NCBI RefSeq assembly: GCF_020745735.1
Contig: NC_083446.1
Coordinates: forward strand, 16,346,068-16,410,067
Direction of reading: 5' to 3'
Length of the DNA: 64,000 nucleotides
From: Hemiscyllium ocellatum
Lineage: Eukaryota
Below are positions 61,501 through 64,000 of the stretch, piece after piece (positions within the stretch are counted from its first letter, which is position 1; the number at the start of each line of letters is the position of its first letter). The translations under genes and the position numbers were made by a program. The notes below the pieces were generated by a model, which saw nothing but the letters and a program-made list of their open reading frames with translations, made no database searches and was not told the DNA's origin.

Positions 61501-62370
61501 GTACAAGAAGGAGGCTGCAAGTGCAGTTCTGTGCCACAGTGGAAAGCACGTTGGATTTCTAAATTATTACTCAGGATGCTGTTTGAAGCTTAGGCGTTCC
61601 TATCCCATTAGAATCGGATTTTAATTCAAGTTTGGAATCAATTAATGATGATTCATTGTGAATTCCTGCCATTTGGAATTCCAACCCCTCCTAGTGACCA
61701 GAGGAAACACCTCACCTTCTCACGGTAAGTTTTGAGGGAATCGCATCATTTGAAATATGACCAAACCAACATTGGCTGCTCACCTGCAATGTTCGTGCAG
61801 AAACCCAACTGGCTCGAAATGCAACATATCCCTCCCATAGTTGCATAATTTTGATTTTGATTTAAGGTATATCTCGGTAAATATCTGCTTCCCATTGGGC
61901 GACAGGATGATGTGGATTGTCTGGGAATGGACAAGAAAGTGTTCGGTCAGTCATGACGGTATCGAATGACAGGGCAGGGCTGGTGAATTGAATGGTCTCC
62001 TTCTTTTCCTCTCTATCTGGGCTGTTTTTGGCAGAGGATTTTACCAACAACATGATGAGGACGATGTGAAACTAAACTACGAAAGTCCTCCCTTTTACCC
62101 TGCCGCACGCACAGCTGGAAGAGACAGCTCCTGGTGCAGCTTGAGGTAAGACAGGCGCTCTGACAGACTGCATGCTCCTTCATATAAATTTCCAACTGAA
62201 CACATGGAGCAGTGACATGAGGATATTGGAGATTCAGAAACAGATTTCCCCCTTGCTGGGTTGGGGTTCTGGCCATGGCAACAAACATAAATTTCTGTCA
62301 TTCTGAATCTTACTCTGGACTCTTGTTCATTACAAATTAAACTTGGCATTCATATTTCAAAAGACATGCT

Positions 62371-62652
62371 ACATTAGATTCTTTACAGTGTGGAAACAGG
62401 TCCTACAGACCAACAAGTCCACACCGACCCTCCACAGAGAAACCTACTCCTCTACCCTATATTGATCCCTGACTAACACACCAGGCAATTTAGCACAGCC
62501 ATTTCACCTAACCTGCACTCCATTGGATTGTGGGAAGAAACTGGAGGAAACCCACACAGACACGAAGAGAACATGCAAACTCCACACAGACAGGATTCGA
62601 ACCCAGGACTCTGGCTCTGCGAGGCAGCAGTGCTAACTACTGAGCCACTGAG
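62371..62652 (-). mobile_element. HE1-type V-SINE
   Basis: attagattctttacagtgtggaaacagg...caacaagtccacaccgaccc...ggattcgaacccagg...gcagcagtgctaactactgagccac. Confidence 0.85.
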
Positions 62653-62970
62653 CTTGGATACAGGAAGGGTGAAGATTAATGATGATCTGTGCAATGTGGG
62701 TCAGGTTATCCGTATGAACTTTCCAAAGGAAGTTAACTAAGAGACAGTGAATCGAATTCTTTGATGAATTGAAGCCGATGGGATGGCAAGCACCGTGACA
62801 GAGGTCAGGTAATATTGTCCATAATCAAGGCAGGAAGCCACGGAAAATTATTTTTGAAGAAAGAACCTCCTCTGTGATAGCTTTCATTTCAGAACCACAG
62901 CAAAAATAGAGGAATTGGATTGCAAGACCCAGCTGTAAGATTAGGATTTATAACAGCATTGCTGTTGACA

Positions 62971-63066
62971 GCTCCAGTGGTGCAATTGGTCAGCATCTGG
63001 TACTTAAAGGACAGTGTAGAAGTGCGTGAAATGCTGAGATTGCAAGTTCGACCCTCACCTGGATCA
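62971..63066 (+). pseudogene. Intron-containing tRNA-Ile(TAT)-derived pseudogene, anticodon now TAA
   Basis: GCTCCAGTGGTGCAATTGGTCAGCATCTGGTACTTAAA [22-nt intron 63009-63030] ATGCTGAGATTGCAAGTTCGACCCTCACCTGGATCA is collinear with vertebrate tRNA-Ile-TAT. One acceptor-stem and two T-stem mismatches, CpG decay, and a T-run after the gene. Confidence 0.85.
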
Positions 63067-64000
63067 GCTTTTATTGACAGTGACCAGAGATTATTGGAAC
63101 CTGAGGTTGAGAAACAGTTGCAAAAGTGTTGAGTAAACCAGCATTTATTCCAAAACCCAAGTTTCTGATTTTCTGGTGTGTTCTGTCCTTGAGAAATACT
63201 TCAATTATTAACCAAACAGCTGCATATATTCACCAGGTGACTATCCATCTGTGGATACAGAAACAGAGGTGAGGTTTTAATTCGATGACCTTTCTCATAT
63301 CATTAGCCCTGCACTGGATTTAATTCAAGTAAAGACTGTTTAGCTCATTTCATATTATTACATTTGCTGCAAAGTCGCACAAGTTATGATACCAATCCAA
63401 AAAGAATCAGATTTAACTCGTCAGCATGATCAAGATTTTGTTTTCAAGTGGTGCTGTGAAAAACAGAGAGTTCAAAGAGGAATAAGAATGAATCCTCTCA
63501 CTAGATTTCTTGAACGGAGATTAGTGAGCATTAAATGAACTCACTCCCTTTGCTGGTGATTGTGGCAAAATGTTCAAGGCTACAGATGATTGTAATAATG
63601 GTGTGTTACATCAACAGGTCAATTCCTCCCTCACTGTGATATAATTTCCCTTTAAAGGGATGTTAGCATCGCCATAGATCTTGTCATTGATTCATTTGCA
63701 TTCAGATCATACAAGCAGAGTGTCACAGTGGGAGTGCGCTAGGCCCATAATCCACTGGTAAGACCATACACTGGGAACCTTACTCTGCTATTTATCATTT
63801 CACTAATGCTGGTGAGAAGTACAGTATCTGCTGCTCTGCCCAATTTACTCGTCTGTTTTAAGAAGCAAGATAAACAGTTTCCTGTTATCAGTAACTGACC
63901 AGATATCTCAAATTGCTTTGATTAACACAGGGACCAAGTTTTATATGTTAAAGACATGCACTAGTCGAGACTGTCCATTGTCACACATTCCTTTGCCCCC

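Noticed and set aside
1500-61541. Other isolated perfect heptamers (1500, 3501, 58954, 60772, 61535)
   Set aside because: No nonamer at 12- or 23-nt spacing when checked by eye; several are expected by chance and one is inside a SINE.
63706-63757. 52-nt AG/GT-bounded micro-exon near the window end
   Set aside because: Only one frame is open, with no recognisable product and no supporting neighbouring exons in the window.

Overview
AT-rich, repeat-dense vertebrate genomic DNA. The repeat content (HE1-type V-SINEs, CR1/HER1-type LINEs, Deu-type SINE tails, Penelope-like elements) points to an elasmobranch, probably a shark. I can support one apparently intact protein-coding gene: a two-exon immunoglobulin light-chain-like gene on +. 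It has a germline-joined leader-V-J exon (41533-41935), a 4353-bp intron and a C1-set constant exon (46289-46620). Both splice sites are consensus and in phase, and the gene has an octamer+TATA promoter and poly(A) signals. Unexpectedly, a 12-bp-spacer recombination signal sequence with a perfect nonamer sits 4 bp downstream of its TATA box, and a second, inverted RSS-like motif closes a 59-bp cassette. The first 21 kb holds about five decayed C2H2 zinc-finger gene remnants. Other features are many CR1 fragments and an internally deleted Gmr1-type (IN-RT-RH order) LTR retrotransposon (49042-52108, minus strand). There are also Penelope-like elements whose 3' ends carry minimal hammerhead-ribozyme motifs, ~200-bp foldback elements with target-site duplications that carry the same motifs, and an intron-containing tRNA-Ile(TAT)-derived pseudogene with a TAA anticodon. 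Repeat boundaries are estimated by eye and approximate; family names are from recognition, not database searches.
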